Of a DNA stretch of 64,000 nt, positions 31,441 to 41,277 are shown piece by piece. The notes under the pieces were generated by a model. The model ran no database searches, was not told where the DNA came from, and was given only the letters and a program-made list of their open reading frames with translations. The stretch spans positions 1,074,715 to 1,138,714 of the forward strand of contig CP064960.1 in the NCBI GenBank assembly GCA_016699105.1, read 5' to 3'. The position numbers and the translations under genes are program-made. How positions within the stretch are numbered: position 1 is the stretch's first letter; each line of letters opens with the position of its first letter. This DNA is from a bacterium. GTDB lineage: Bacteria; Patescibacteriota; Saccharimonadia; UBA4664.

Positions 31441-32484
31441 ATGATGAATATGCTAATGTTTATTGTTGTCAATCAACAGGTTTTCAATTATGAAAAAATC
31501 CGACATTTCCTCAAGCCTAAACCCGTAAGATCTGGAATGACTGCAACATTTGTTATCACAGCTATGGTTAGCGGTGCTATCATCTACATGGCAACTCGTG
31601 CAGCTGATCAGTCTATTTCGGCTGAGGCAGAACTGGCTAGACTATCCGGAAGTGCCACCACAGTAAATGACGCCGGAGCCAGCGGAGGAAGAGCCGTTGT
31701 ATTCGGTAATCTTGCTACGCCACTACCAACTCCGACGCCAACACCAACACCGAGCACGTCAATTAGTCCACTACCATTTGGTTACGGGGCCGCCAACGGT
31801 CCAAATGGCACATGGAACCTCAAATTAAATGATAACTTCGACGGCAGTACTCTTGATACATCGATTTGGTCAACTGGTTGGCACGGATCAGGCATTACGC
31901 CCCCAAACCAGTCCCAAGAGCTAGCTTGCTATGACCCAAATCAAGTAGTGCTCGACAACGGTATCTTGCGCCTCAAGATTGACGTCAAGGCTACCAATTG
32001 TAATGGTACCCGGCCGTATATTTCAGGTGCTATTAATACCGAGAATAAGCGCGCCTATAGTTATGGGTACTTTGAGGCGCGCATCTGGTTGGACGCTAGT
32101 AGCAATGCCGTGTATAACTGGCCAGCCTGGTGGCTCAATGGTGACAGTTGGCCGACTACCGGCGAAGTAGATATCATGGAAGGATTAAGCGGTACAGCTC
32201 GCGCCAATTGGCATGGGCCTGAAGGCAATGGTGCTGGTTACGAGCTTGGAAATGGCGGAGTTATGGGCGGCTGGCATGTGTTTGCAGCTGAGTGGGCACC
32301 TGGTAAAATGGTGTCCTACTATGATGGTAAGTTGTTGGGATCATATTCGTCGAATAGTAATGTCACCTCGGCGCCGCAATACCTAATTCTTATGGCTCAG
32401 ATGAGCCCTCAAGATCGCTATGGTGGGCCAATCAAGGCACCAAGCGAAATGGATATTGATTATGTGCGAGTTTGGCAACGATAG
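31441..32484 (+). CDS. Secreted GH16-family glycoside hydrolase (beta-glucanase/laminarinase-like)
   Basis: The catalytic motif ExDxxE appears as GEVDIMEG. There is a signal-anchor and a PTPTPTPTPS linker. The probable start is near 31537 (MTATFVITAMV). Confidence 0.7.
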   Translation: MMNMLMFIVVNQQVFNYEKIRHFLKPKPVRSGMTATFVITAMVSGAIIYMATRAADQSISAEAELARLSGSATTVNDAGASGGRAVVFGNLATPLPTPTPTPTPSTSISPLPFGYGAANGPNGTWNLKLNDNFDGSTLDTSIWSTGWHGSGITPPNQSQELACYDPNQVVLDNGILRLKIDVKATNCNGTRPYISGAINTENKRAYSYGYFEARIWLDASSNAVYNWPAWWLNGDSWPTTGEVDIMEGLSGTARANWHGPEGNGAGYELGNGGVMGGWHVFAAEWAPGKMVSYYDGKLLGSYSSNSNVTSAPQYLILMAQMSPQDRYGGPIKAPSEMDIDYVRVWQR

Positions 32485-32514
32485 TTGACTGATGCCAGCC
32501 AGGGGTGCAGCTGA

Positions 32515-32600
32515 CCCAACCCTAACCCGCCTGGGCGCACGCAATACTCCCACCCGGGAATAACGTCATCAGGCGGGGTATTGGCATGGATTAAACCCAT
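32515..32600. repeat. ~86-bp dyad-containing element, copy 1 (copy 2 at 33808..33893)
   Basis: Copy 1 is cccaaccctaacccgcctgggcgcacgcaatactcccacccgggaataacgtcatcaggcggggtattggcatggattaaacccat and copy 2 is cccaaccctaaccccgcctggggcgcacgcaatactcccgcccgggaatacgtcatcaggcggggtatttgcgtgggttaacccat. An inverted repeat cccgcctgg/ccaggcggg brackets a cccggg core. Confidence 0.45.
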
Positions 32601-32948
32601 TTCGCTCAGAACCTAGCAATAATTATAATTTGGTGGTATAACCAGGCTATGGCGGTCCCATCCGGGCCGCTTGTTCCGATTCGTCCCAACAAAGGGGAAA
32701 CGCGTGACCGACGAGCGACCAACCTTAACAATCTCAACCATGACATCCGGACCCCATAAAGCCACCTACCTAGTAGCCACCAGCAACACCGAGCTATTTG
32801 ACCTATATGATCTGACAATGTCGGGGCTATGGGCGGAGCTTAATAAATACCCAGCTACTTGTGCGGCCGTCCGGTGTATTGAACTCTGCCGCGGTCGGGC
32901 GGAAATCAGCTGTGGCTTGAGTTTGATGCCGATGCCACCGAAGGCATT

Positions 32949-33776
32949 TTGGGTGACGCTGCGTCGGCGGTTCATCGCTGGGTCGATGACATAAAGCAAA
33001 GCCAGCTTCCGATCAAAGTTGTTCATGCCGACACGCCAGCAGCTGAACAGCTCAGCGGTTACTGGGTCATCACCTCATCCAGCCTGCTGCTTCGTCCAAG
33101 TGGCAGTGACGACAAACGCGGCTGGATTGAGCTCATCTATGTTGGGGCCGCCACGCAGCTGATCGAAGACCTGGTGATCCGGGCTGCCTGTGCAACCGGA
33201 ATGGTTCACACCGATCCTGACTCGGCGCCTCAGATCACGAATGGTGTGTTGGAGTATGGCCCCATCAGTCCGTATGCCATCGATCACGAAAGATTCGCTT
33301 TGCGTCTTCAAGCCGAGATCCGCACAACACTATCGTCGGGGTCGATCGTCGGCATCACCGTGGCTAGAGTAATCTGCCCGGTCGATACTGTCGACCAGAT
33401 CCCGCCGACCGTCACGCTGCTACATCAAGAGCAACGGGGCGATCACCGCGTGGTCGTGGGTGCTAACTTCCGGTTGACGGCCGGACTAAAACCAGATATG
33501 GCTTACAATCGTCCGGAGGCGCCCGGCATCTATCCACACAGCTGGCCGTATCTCGTCCAGCTCCTGTATCAGAAGATCTACGAAGCGGGCATATTCAATG
33601 TTGTTGAGCAGATTCGCGTCATCACAACTGAAACTGGTGCCGGTCAGCTCGTCTTCGTCGTCGATCCCTATGAACAGGATGGATATCAGGAAGCCTTAGG
33701 CCAGGCCGTTGCGCGAGCGGCCGTACTGTTCCTGGGTGACCGAGCCGTGGTCGATGTGGTAAGTCCGGTCTCATAA
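32949..33776 (+). CDS. Hypothetical protein (275 aa), possibly N-terminally extended by the frameshifted ORF 32671..32994
   Basis: The long ORF lies between the two copies of the dyad element. No recognisable domain was found. Confidence 0.4.
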   Translation: MGDAASAVHRWVDDIKQSQLPIKVVHADTPAAEQLSGYWVITSSSLLLRPSGSDDKRGWIELIYVGAATQLIEDLVIRAACATGMVHTDPDSAPQITNGVLEYGPISPYAIDHERFALRLQAEIRTTLSSGSIVGITVARVICPVDTVDQIPPTVTLLHQEQRGDHRVVVGANFRLTAGLKPDMAYNRPEAPGIYPHSWPYLVQLLYQKIYEAGIFNVVEQIRVITTETGAGQLVFVVDPYEQDGYQEALGQAVARAAVLFLGDRAVVDVVSPVS

Positions 33777-33899
33777 CGCTCCCACCCCCGCCGGACGTAC
33801 CCGCCAGCCCAACCCTAACCCCGCCTGGGGCGCACGCAATACTCCCGCCCGGGAATACGTCATCAGGCGGGGTATTTGCGTGGGTTAACCCATATCGCT

Positions 33900-36617
33900 A
33901 TGGCTCGGTTCAACGCGGTCTTGAACCAGCTGCTGCAGCCCAGCGAACTGGTTCTGTCTGCCGCCGAGAAAGCCTCACAGCACAGGCAGGCCTGGCAAAA
34001 GCAGTACCACTTCGAATATACGACAAAAATTTTATCAAGACCGCAAGATAAGTATGATAGTGTAAGACTTATGAGCGAGATGCCTGAGAATAATGAGCAG
34101 CAGATATTCGGCTCACTTGATCTGCAACCTGAGTTGTTAACTCACCATGTGCCACCTGAGACTGAGCCCTCAAACATTGCTCCGCAAGAAGCTATCACTC
34201 AGATAGACGCAGTCGGCCCTGATTCGGCCATTGACGCACACCAGCTCGTTGATTGGATAGTGGCGGCCGAGCATGCACCCGATTCGGACTTATCAATCCA
34301 GCTTGAGAAAATGCGATCCTGGCGTTCTCCCGGCGACCAATATCGCATCAACCAGCCGAATAAATTAGCGCTCGATGCTACTATCATTGGTTTGGTTGCA
34401 ACAAGGCATGCAAAACTCGCCGAGAAACTTATTTCATCGTCCCAGCAAGAACTCCAAAATTTGCGCTTTGCCACTAGTCTATACGCCGAGCGCAATGGAC
34501 TAGACGAGGCGGCCAAATTAGCGATCGAGAGAGAAATAAATTCAATTGTACAAAGAAACCGTACAGCATTACTCTCCAGAATGACTATCAGTTCTGCCCC
34601 CGAAGGTTTTGCTGCCGTTGTGGTCGATCGAGCGGCCAATCCTGATAGTGCCGGTGCGATCTCCGAAGCGCAATGGCAACTCATAGGCCAGCTTGGCTCT
34701 GAGGCGCAAGCTTCCCTTCTCGCGAGCAGCCGAATGGATCGGACAGCTTGCGGGATCCAAGACCTTGACACTCATGGCTTGCTCGGTGATATGCCGATTC
34801 TGATAGGCCGCATTGACCAACTTGATGATCGTGATCAAACCGAAGCTTATCTGACGGAATACGGGCAAGCCGTCGGCAAACTCGCCGAAATGCAGCAATC
34901 CGGCCAGGAGCTACGTCTGCCTATTATTAAGCGAGAACTAGCTCAGTTTGCGCAGCCGGATCAGGCATTGGCGGCCAGTGAAGCGATCTATGGCGATCTA
35001 CCGCTCGATGTTGCCACAAGCAAACTGGCCGACTTATTTCGTGATCCGGCTCATCAACAAGACCTGGTGCCGGTTGACCCTCAAATACTTGCACAACTAA
35101 CTATGGCTCGAGTTCGTTTTGACGATTTGGGTGTTTTGGATGATCTGCTTCCACCTCTTTTGGACCGCATTCGCGATTCTACAGATCAACCACAGTTGGT
35201 CGAGGATATACTGACGGCAGTGGCGGCGGCACAAGCGCTCAAGGGTGAGCGACTGTTATACTTGGATCCAGTTATCCAGACAGATCACCCCGCAGAATTG
35301 GCAGCTAGTCTAGCCAAAGTCACGGGTTTGGCCGAGCCAATGAATGATCCAACCCGCGCCGAGCTCCTTCGAGCTATTACCGATGCCCCCTCTGCTCCGC
35401 AAGCCGTAGATATGCTTCAGTCTTGCAGCCAAGCTCTAGCGTCGCGGAGCCTAAAATTTGATAGTGAGTCCGATATTACGATATCTGACATGCTGCGACA
35501 ACTCTCCCCAGTAGCCGAACAGGTGTCCGAGGCTGACCCGCAAGTGCGAGCCGACCGTTTGTCGCAAGCTGCCGAGCGAATTGCTAGTAACTACCTCGTA
35601 GCGCGGGAGATTACTGATATTTACAACAAGAATTATGGTGAAGCAATATCTCTCGCAAAGGGCAGGCGAGCCGTGTTGTCCGATTGTCCAGAAATCGCCC
35701 GCCGAATGGCAGATATTGGGTGCAGTGGAGACGATGCTAATCGAATGTTTTCGACCTGGTCGTATCACAGTGAATATGCAATGGCATCATATGCCCGTGC
35801 GCAACGAGGCGAGGGTAAGGTTACACTTAATATGCTACCCGCGTTAGTAAACCTACAGCGCCAGCATATCGAAAAAAATCTGCGGAGTTATGAGGACTAC
35901 GTAGCTCGGTTTGGATCCGAAGAGGCACGCGAGATTATGACAATGTTCAAGATTACCAACTTTGAGCATGTGGGAGTAGATTTACTACATGACCAATTGG
36001 AACGATGGCGCTCCGGCGAACGGCCAGTTGAAAATCTTATGATTGTTTCTCGTGCCGACTGGAACGGAGCGAACTCCAACGCCGGACAAGATACGCAGGA
36101 GGTTTTCAAAGACACAAACTTTTTTGTTTTTGAAGCGGGTAGTGCCCGAGATCTCGACGACATTCGCCGCGCGGTTAAGGATCGCGAATTAAGTCATGGT
36201 CGAGTTCCCAAAGAGGAGAATGCAGTGAAAAATGTTGTGATCCACGCGCATGCCAATCCAGATGGTATTCTCTTGGGGTTAGATGGAGAAGCCATTAATG
36301 TCGGTCAGTATCTTAAGTTGCAAAAGCTTCCAAACGCCCGTGCTCGCACGTACGAAGAGGAGCTCGGCTCTGCCTACCGCATTATTATCCAGGCATGTAG
36401 TACGAAAGGTGAAAATACTAGTCGTTTCCTGATTGGTGCAGACGGTAGACTCGTCCCAGGTCCAAATATTGCAGCTACAATCCATGAATATCACCAACGC
36501 ACCGTTGAGTCATCGCCTGTACCCACCGTAGGTAATATCGTCACAGACGAGAATGATAAGGTTTGGTTCGGCATCGCGGGAGGCTACTTAGAAAGCACGC
36601 CCTACGAAAAGGTGTAA
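33900..36617 (+). CDS. Large (~905 aa) protein with alpha-helical N-terminal region and predicted C-terminal caspase-like (clan CD, CHAT/C14-like) His-Cys peptidase domain
   Basis: Three C-terminal strands match the caspase-hemoglobinase fold: NLMIVSRADW (first strand plus Arg), NVVIHAHANPDGILLGLDG (His strand) and YRIIIQACSTKGE (QAC-type Cys strand). Their spacing is about 70 and 48 aa. No P-loop was found. The likely start is ATG 33900, immediately after dyad-element copy 2. Confidence 0.55.
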   Translation: MARFNAVLNQLLQPSELVLSAAEKASQHRQAWQKQYHFEYTTKILSRPQDKYDSVRLMSEMPENNEQQIFGSLDLQPELLTHHVPPETEPSNIAPQEAITQIDAVGPDSAIDAHQLVDWIVAAEHAPDSDLSIQLEKMRSWRSPGDQYRINQPNKLALDATIIGLVATRHAKLAEKLISSSQQELQNLRFATSLYAERNGLDEAAKLAIEREINSIVQRNRTALLSRMTISSAPEGFAAVVVDRAANPDSAGAISEAQWQLIGQLGSEAQASLLASSRMDRTACGIQDLDTHGLLGDMPILIGRIDQLDDRDQTEAYLTEYGQAVGKLAEMQQSGQELRLPIIKRELAQFAQPDQALAASEAIYGDLPLDVATSKLADLFRDPAHQQDLVPVDPQILAQLTMARVRFDDLGVLDDLLPPLLDRIRDSTDQPQLVEDILTAVAAAQALKGERLLYLDPVIQTDHPAELAASLAKVTGLAEPMNDPTRAELLRAITDAPSAPQAVDMLQSCSQALASRSLKFDSESDITISDMLRQLSPVAEQVSEADPQVRADRLSQAAERIASNYLVAREITDIYNKNYGEAISLAKGRRAVLSDCPEIARRMADIGCSGDDANRMFSTWSYHSEYAMASYARAQRGEGKVTLNMLPALVNLQRQHIEKNLRSYEDYVARFGSEEAREIMTMFKITNFEHVGVDLLHDQLERWRSGERPVENLMIVSRADWNGANSNAGQDTQEVFKDTNFFVFEAGSARDLDDIRRAVKDRELSHGRVPKEENAVKNVVIHAHANPDGILLGLDGEAINVGQYLKLQKLPNARARTYEEELGSAYRIIIQACSTKGENTSRFLIGADGRLVPGPNIAATIHEYHQRTVESSPVPTVGNIVTDENDKVWFGIAGGYLESTPYEKV

Positions 36618-36761
36618 ATCTTTCGTTTGAACGGTGTACCTAAAACACAAACGCCCGTTCGCTGCTGGTATCTGAACCCTCAATAGTTGAAACGATTTTG
36701 AGAGTGTGGACAGCACCGTTTTTGGCAGCCGGAACCTTGAGATTGGCTTCAAATTGTCCGG

Positions 36762-37691
36762 TTAATTGGCTGTCGATTTTTGGTATAGTGAGCTGATTTC
36801 ACCTGGTGTGTTGGCCTCAAGATATTGACCGCCAGTGCCACTGGCAAGGGCATTGATGGTGGCGGGGTTAAAGCCTGTACCCTTTGATGCCAACCGCAAA
36901 TATGGGTAGGTTGGCTTTGGCAGCGGCGTCCTTGACACTGGCAAGGGTTGATTTTGAGGCAGTGTCTTCTCCATCAGTTAGTACGGTGATGGCTTTGCGA
37001 CCGCAAGCTGGCAGGTTGGTAATGGCTAAGTTGAGCGCATCATAGATAGCCGTATTGCCACCAGCGACCAAACCAGTAGCAGCCGACCGCGCGGCCGTTT
37101 TATTGGTCGATAGTCCGGCTCGCACTGATGCGGTCTGATTAAACTGAATTAGACCGACTTGGTCGTTTGGCTTGAGCCGGTCGATATAACTAGCGGCAGC
37201 TTGGCGGGCATTGCTGATCGCTGTACCAGACATACTACCCGACACATCGACGGCCAGCATATTAGCCAGTGGCGCTTGCGTTGTATTGACGGCATTGAAT
37301 TCGAAATCGTTCATTTCTTGGCCGTCAAGGTACACTTTGACATTCTTTTACTGAAGCTCGTGTTGACGTCACCAGATTGGGCACTTACCGAAACGTAGGC
37401 CGCAATACTGGACGCAGCACAGGTATCAATTTGGTTGATTCGGAGCGTCAGCCCCTTGAGGTTCTGAAACGATACCACACCGCCGCTGAGCGACGACACG
37501 GTTCCCTTGTTGAGGCTGGAGCCTGGGCCAGTACCATTATTTGATGCCTGGCCAGATGGCGTTGGGGTTGGGCTTGTGGTTTGGCTTGCTGGCTTGATGA
37601 GTAGTAGCATTGCTAGCAGCGCGATAATTACCATCAGTACAGCCCCAATAGCCGTCATCAGCCAGAATAATTTTGATTTCCGAATGACCAT
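36762..37691 (-). CDS. Membrane-anchored von Willebrand factor A (vWA) domain protein, split into 3 ORFs
   Basis: 37311..37691 carries an N-terminal TM segment. 36868..37335 carries the MIDAS motif DVSGSMSG and a vWA body. 36762..36974 carries the C-terminal vWA remainder. Confidence 0.6.
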
Positions 37692-38347
37692 TAGTCGATC
37701 TTAATTCCATCGATGCGAGTAGTTCCGAAGGTCCAGCTCACCGTGCTACCAGATGGAACCCGTGCGAATGATACGAAGCATTCGGTGGTTTCGTTGTATT
37801 TAATATTACTACCACAAACTGGGGTGGCCAGGACTTTGCCGTCTTCGTCAGTGATGGCTGTGTATTTCTTGCCTGCGGCATCATCTACCAGGTACGACGT
37901 TACTTTATTGGCAGCATTTGAAACGATGTTGCCGCTCCAGATGGCTTGAGCGCAACCGGAACACGTATTGCGAACGGCATAATTAATCGTGGTGTTGCTG
38001 GAATTTTGTGTGGGTTTATAAACCACAAATTCAAGCTTGTCGTCGGTAGATTTGGCCGTGGTGAGAATGGTTTTGGTCGGGCTGGCCGTGGGAGTGGCGG
38101 TTTGTTGGCCATTGGTGGTTGAGTTTGACTGAGAAGTGCTTGTCGTTGATGAATCGGTCGTCTTGGATTTATTTATTAGTAATACCGCCAGTATAACCGC
38201 AGCCACAAGCAGTACGGCTAAGACTATTCCACCAATGATGAATAATTTTGTTTGATTTGGCTTCTGAGAACTTGCGGATGGCATTACCGCATTATTGTTC
38301 GAGGTATCTGGTGTTGTTGACTGAAATTGATCTGAGTTGGGTTCCAT
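37691..38347 (-). CDS. Membrane-anchored hypothetical protein with Ser/Thr-rich linker and Cys-containing C-terminal domain
   Basis: 218 aa. The TM segment is LFIIGGIVLAVLLVAAVILAVLLI. It is co-oriented with the vWA gene. Confidence 0.45.
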   Translation of the reverse strand: MEPNSDQFQSTTPDTSNNNAVMPSASSQKPNQTKLFIIGGIVLAVLLVAAVILAVLLINKSKTTDSSTTSTSQSNSTTNGQQTATPTASPTKTILTTAKSTDDKLEFVVYKPTQNSSNTTINYAVRNTCSGCAQAIWSGNIVSNAANKVTSYLVDDAAGKKYTAITDEDGKVLATPVCGSNIKYNETTECFVSFARVPSGSTVSWTFGTTRIDGIKID

Positions 38348-38468
38348 ACATAGCCTTATGCTTATTTACATACAAGTATACATGTGGGTTGCGTTTGAAG
38401 GAAGTATTGAGCTTATGTTTCAGGATAACTCCCCTATCAGTCTCAGCAAATAATGGGCAAATCAACTT

Positions 38469-38933
38469 TTAAACACTCCAGATTGCGGCTGGAACGGTAT
38501 CGCCTGGCACGTATCTTCTCTGGAATTTCCAACGCTGGTGCCCCCAAGTTGACCTACTGTCGTTAAGCTGCTCAGCCTGGTCACGGCTATCGTGCAAGTC
38601 AATGGTTTCTTCGCGAACTTCGCCCGAGGTCAAGGTGACATATATGGTATAGCGCACCCCATTGGCGTTAACCGGCGTAGATTTGGCAGACACGGCACAG
38701 CATGACCGAGTCCATAGCCGGTCATGTACCACATATGACCTAATTTCGGGCTGTTGCTTAAGATATTGGCTTATTACCATATCGGCCGAAGCCTGCACAT
38801 TCAGATCTGCCGTCGCGCTCAGTGCTAGCATCGTTAACCCGGCTACGATCAAGAGAGACACAAGTACGGTGGTTATTAGGGTAAGCTTGCGCTTTTTTGG
38901 TAGCCAGGATAGCGTCAGTGACAACGTCTTCAT
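38469..38933 (-). CDS. Hypothetical signal-anchored protein
   Basis: 154 aa with an N-terminal hydrophobic segment. Confidence 0.4.
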   Translation of the reverse strand: MKTLSLTLSWLPKKRKLTLITTVLVSLLIVAGLTMLALSATADLNVQASADMVISQYLKQQPEIRSYVVHDRLWTRSCCAVSAKSTPVNANGVRYTIYVTLTSGEVREETIDLHDSRDQAEQLNDSRSTWGHQRWKFQRRYVPGDTVPAAIWSV

Positions 38934-39221
38934 AATCTGTTGTTTCCTATCTTTACCAAATATTCTACCAAAAATGACCCTAGCGCAATAATCCCAGAGT
39001 CAATGTCAGAATCTATACTCACCTGGAGATGATGGCTGCAACATCGTGAATAAAAAATACGCCTGCACTCATTTGAGACGCCAAAACTAGAGCTACTAAC
39101 CTATTGCCCATGCAACATTTGCACAATAATTTGAATTGTGAAGACGCCTCAATCGTCGTGCTGCATACTCAAAACGAGATACCGCAGGTTCATACATTTG
39201 AACAATGATGTACACTACGAT

Positions 39222-40316
39222 TCATTCGCCACCGAGTCGCGTATCAGTTGCTCGTGCTAATAAGGTGATCTCATTTCGGGCAGTATCACTAACGTCTCGG
39301 GCAAAAAACAATCGATTAACGAATGGTATCCGAGTTCCGCTCCCTAGCCGCCGAGCTTTCTCCTGTTTTGTGAGTCTTAGCAACTCGAGGGCATCATCGA
39401 GTACGTCGCCGCGGCCGTTCATGCCGTGTGGTGTATTTACTACCATAATAGCATCAACATCTTCGGGCGCTTGAATGCTGGCGAGAATACGCTTTGGTGA
39501 GAGCATTATGTCGTCGGTACCTATGAGTATTCCAACGCCAGGAGCAGCTTCACGCTGTCGCAACTCGTGAAGTAGTGGACTTTGCTTCGAGCTACCGACT
39601 GAATAGATCACTGACCCGCCCATTGGGGTTTTGGTTGCTCTGGATTCTCGGGCAGCCCGCAACCTACTCAGACGATCTTCAAAACTATATTCTTTTCGGT
39701 TTGCCCGGTGCTCGCGTCGCAAACGGGTCAACGCCTCTTCCGCCACCACCCTGGCAATGAGCCCTTTATCTGTCATGTCCGGTGCCTCACCAAGGACGGG
39801 ATAAGCCAAGACTAGGTCTGCGAATAGATCTGGCCGTTGGTGTGCGGCAAGTATTCCCATTAAAGTATCTGCGGATTGGAAAATTGCATCGATCCTGCCT
39901 ATGCCCGCAGAATCTAATGTTTCTATCAGTAATTCTGCTCGCTTCTGCTGATAGTGTGCGACGCTTAGTTCAATTTCAGGCCGATGAGCAACAGCTAGGG
40001 TTTCTTTCCTAGATGCCTGCCTTGTTTCGCCATTTTCGGTGACGGAGAATCCGGGGTCAACCTCCCCCGGCAATGGATCTCTCAATGGCGGCAAAACATT
40101 ATGCCCTCTTGCACTTATTTCGCTCAAAGTGAATAGGTTCCGATTTGCGTCGTACCCCAATCCTCCGGCAAAAAATATTGGAGGTCCATCCCTACTGGTT
40201 TGCTCAACGCCAGTATCGGCATTCAATTCCTCACCAGCTGCACTTAACTCTTCGGCTAGACCCCTTCCGCTGAACTGTGCATTTTCTGGTGGATTATCTG
40301 GAGGAATTTCTGTCAT
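39222..40316 (-). CDS. Hypothetical protein, possibly an alpha/beta-hydrolase-like fold
   Basis: 364 aa with IFFAGGLG, AIFQSADTLMG and VVNTPHGMNG blocks loosely reminiscent of a Ser/Asp/His hydrolase. The call is weak. Confidence 0.4.
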   Translation of the reverse strand: MTEIPPDNPPENAQFSGRGLAEELSAAGEELNADTGVEQTSRDGPPIFFAGGLGYDANRNLFTLSEISARGHNVLPPLRDPLPGEVDPGFSVTENGETRQASRKETLAVAHRPEIELSVAHYQQKRAELLIETLDSAGIGRIDAIFQSADTLMGILAAHQRPDLFADLVLAYPVLGEAPDMTDKGLIARVVAEEALTRLRREHRANRKEYSFEDRLSRLRAARESRATKTPMGGSVIYSVGSSKQSPLLHELRQREAAPGVGILIGTDDIMLSPKRILASIQAPEDVDAIMVVNTPHGMNGRGDVLDDALELLRLTKQEKARRLGSGTRIPFVNRLFFARDVSDTARNEITLLARATDTRLGGE

Positions 40317-40361
40317 GGTTTAATTATACATCGGTGTAGATGCCTGTAATGAGTTTACAAT

Positions 40362-40493
40362 AGCCGAGTATTTTGGGGTAATCTTCGATAAGGTTCCAAC
40401 CTATCAAGAAATAGTGGATTGAACCAAAAATACCAGCCTTGTACCGGATATAAATCAGATATTTCAGCTGGCATTCTTGCCAAATAATTCATT
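40362..40493. repeat. ~132-bp element-end repeat, copy A (copy B at 44635..44766), abutting a tRNA-Leu 3'-fragment-like motif
   Basis: agccgagtattttggggtaat.ttcgataaggttccaacct...ccagccttgtacc.gatataaatcagatatttcagctggcattcttgccaaataattcatt is about 93% identical at the two sites. Confidence 0.7.
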
Positions 40494-40535
40494 GGTGCGC
40501 GAATGCGCCGTTAGGTGGAACCAAATTGAAGCTAG
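40494..40535. repeat. att-like motif family 2 (ggtgcgcgaRtgcgMcgttagNtggaaccaMattga), copy at the 3' end of the toxin gene
   Basis: Other copies lie at 41194..41233 and 42269..42310. Degenerate copies lie at 25957..25996 and ~42990..43030. The motif shares tcgcgcacc with the tRNA-Leu 3' end. Confidence 0.6.
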
Positions 40536-40802
40536 CTAATATACCTGATTATGCGATCCTACATCTAGAAACTCGTAGTGGTCTTCGGTCTCCCGATACA
40601 CAACTCTTAGATCGCCGCCAATTGAAAAAGCGCGCAATCCCCTCTTTGTCCCAACAAGTGGATGATCGTCCAGCGGGTAATCGCGTACGCCCTCTGTAAA
40701 TAATTGTAGCCGGGTCTGGAACTGTTTCTTGAGTTTGGGGTTCGTGGAAATGCGACTTTTGAAATTCTTTTCGAACTTACGGTGACGGCGTATAGGCTTC
40801 AT
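40536..40802 (-). CDS. RelE/YafQ-family type II toxin (mRNA interferase)
   Basis: 88 aa. ...DYPLDDHPLVGTKRGLRAFSIGGDLRVVYRETEDHYEFLDVGSHNQVY is a typical RelE/YafQ C-terminus. It sits 3 bp downstream of the antitoxin. Confidence 0.7.
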   Translation of the reverse strand: MKPIRRHRKFEKNFKSRISTNPKLKKQFQTRLQLFTEGVRDYPLDDHPLVGTKRGLRAFSIGGDLRVVYRETEDHYEFLDVGSHNQVY

Positions 40803-40804
40803 AC

Positions 40805-41083
40805 CTATAAGTCATTCATGAAGTCTTCAACGGAGCTAAATTCTTTGATCTTGCCTGACTTTTTTTCCGCATCAAGATCGGCGATCATTTGCTCATAACG
40901 AGCATTGGCTTCTGGGCTTAAAACAACAGCCTTGCCGTCAAAGTCGAGCTTTCGACCGTCTGCCTCGGCTTTTGCCCACACGCGGATATAGGCCTGGGCA
41001 GAATCAAAACCGAGGCTGCGTGCACGGCGCTCTAGGCCATCGCGAACATCTTGATCAATAGGGATTTGTAACTTGGTATTCAT
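40805..41083 (-). CDS. RelB/DinJ-like antitoxin
   Basis: 92 aa, encoded upstream of the toxin. A direct repeat aaatggtat x2 and a tataaat box lie in 41095..41135. Confidence 0.6.
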   Translation of the reverse strand: MNTKLQIPIDQDVRDGLERRARSLGFDSAQAYIRVWAKAEADGRKLDFDGKAVVLSPEANARYEQMIADLDAEKKSGKIKEFSSVEDFMNDL

Positions 41084-41277
41084 AGTACTTAAATGGTATC
41101 AAAATGGTATATAAATGTCAAAAGATAGACAATCTACAACGAAGACAAAGAGACGAACCAATTTGGCCGTCTTCTTATCTGTAAATTATTCCTGGTGCGC
41201 GAGTGCGACGTTAGATGGAACCACATTGAGACGTGCATTCTGCTGATGTATCAAAAACTAGAAGCTCTTGGCTTCAC

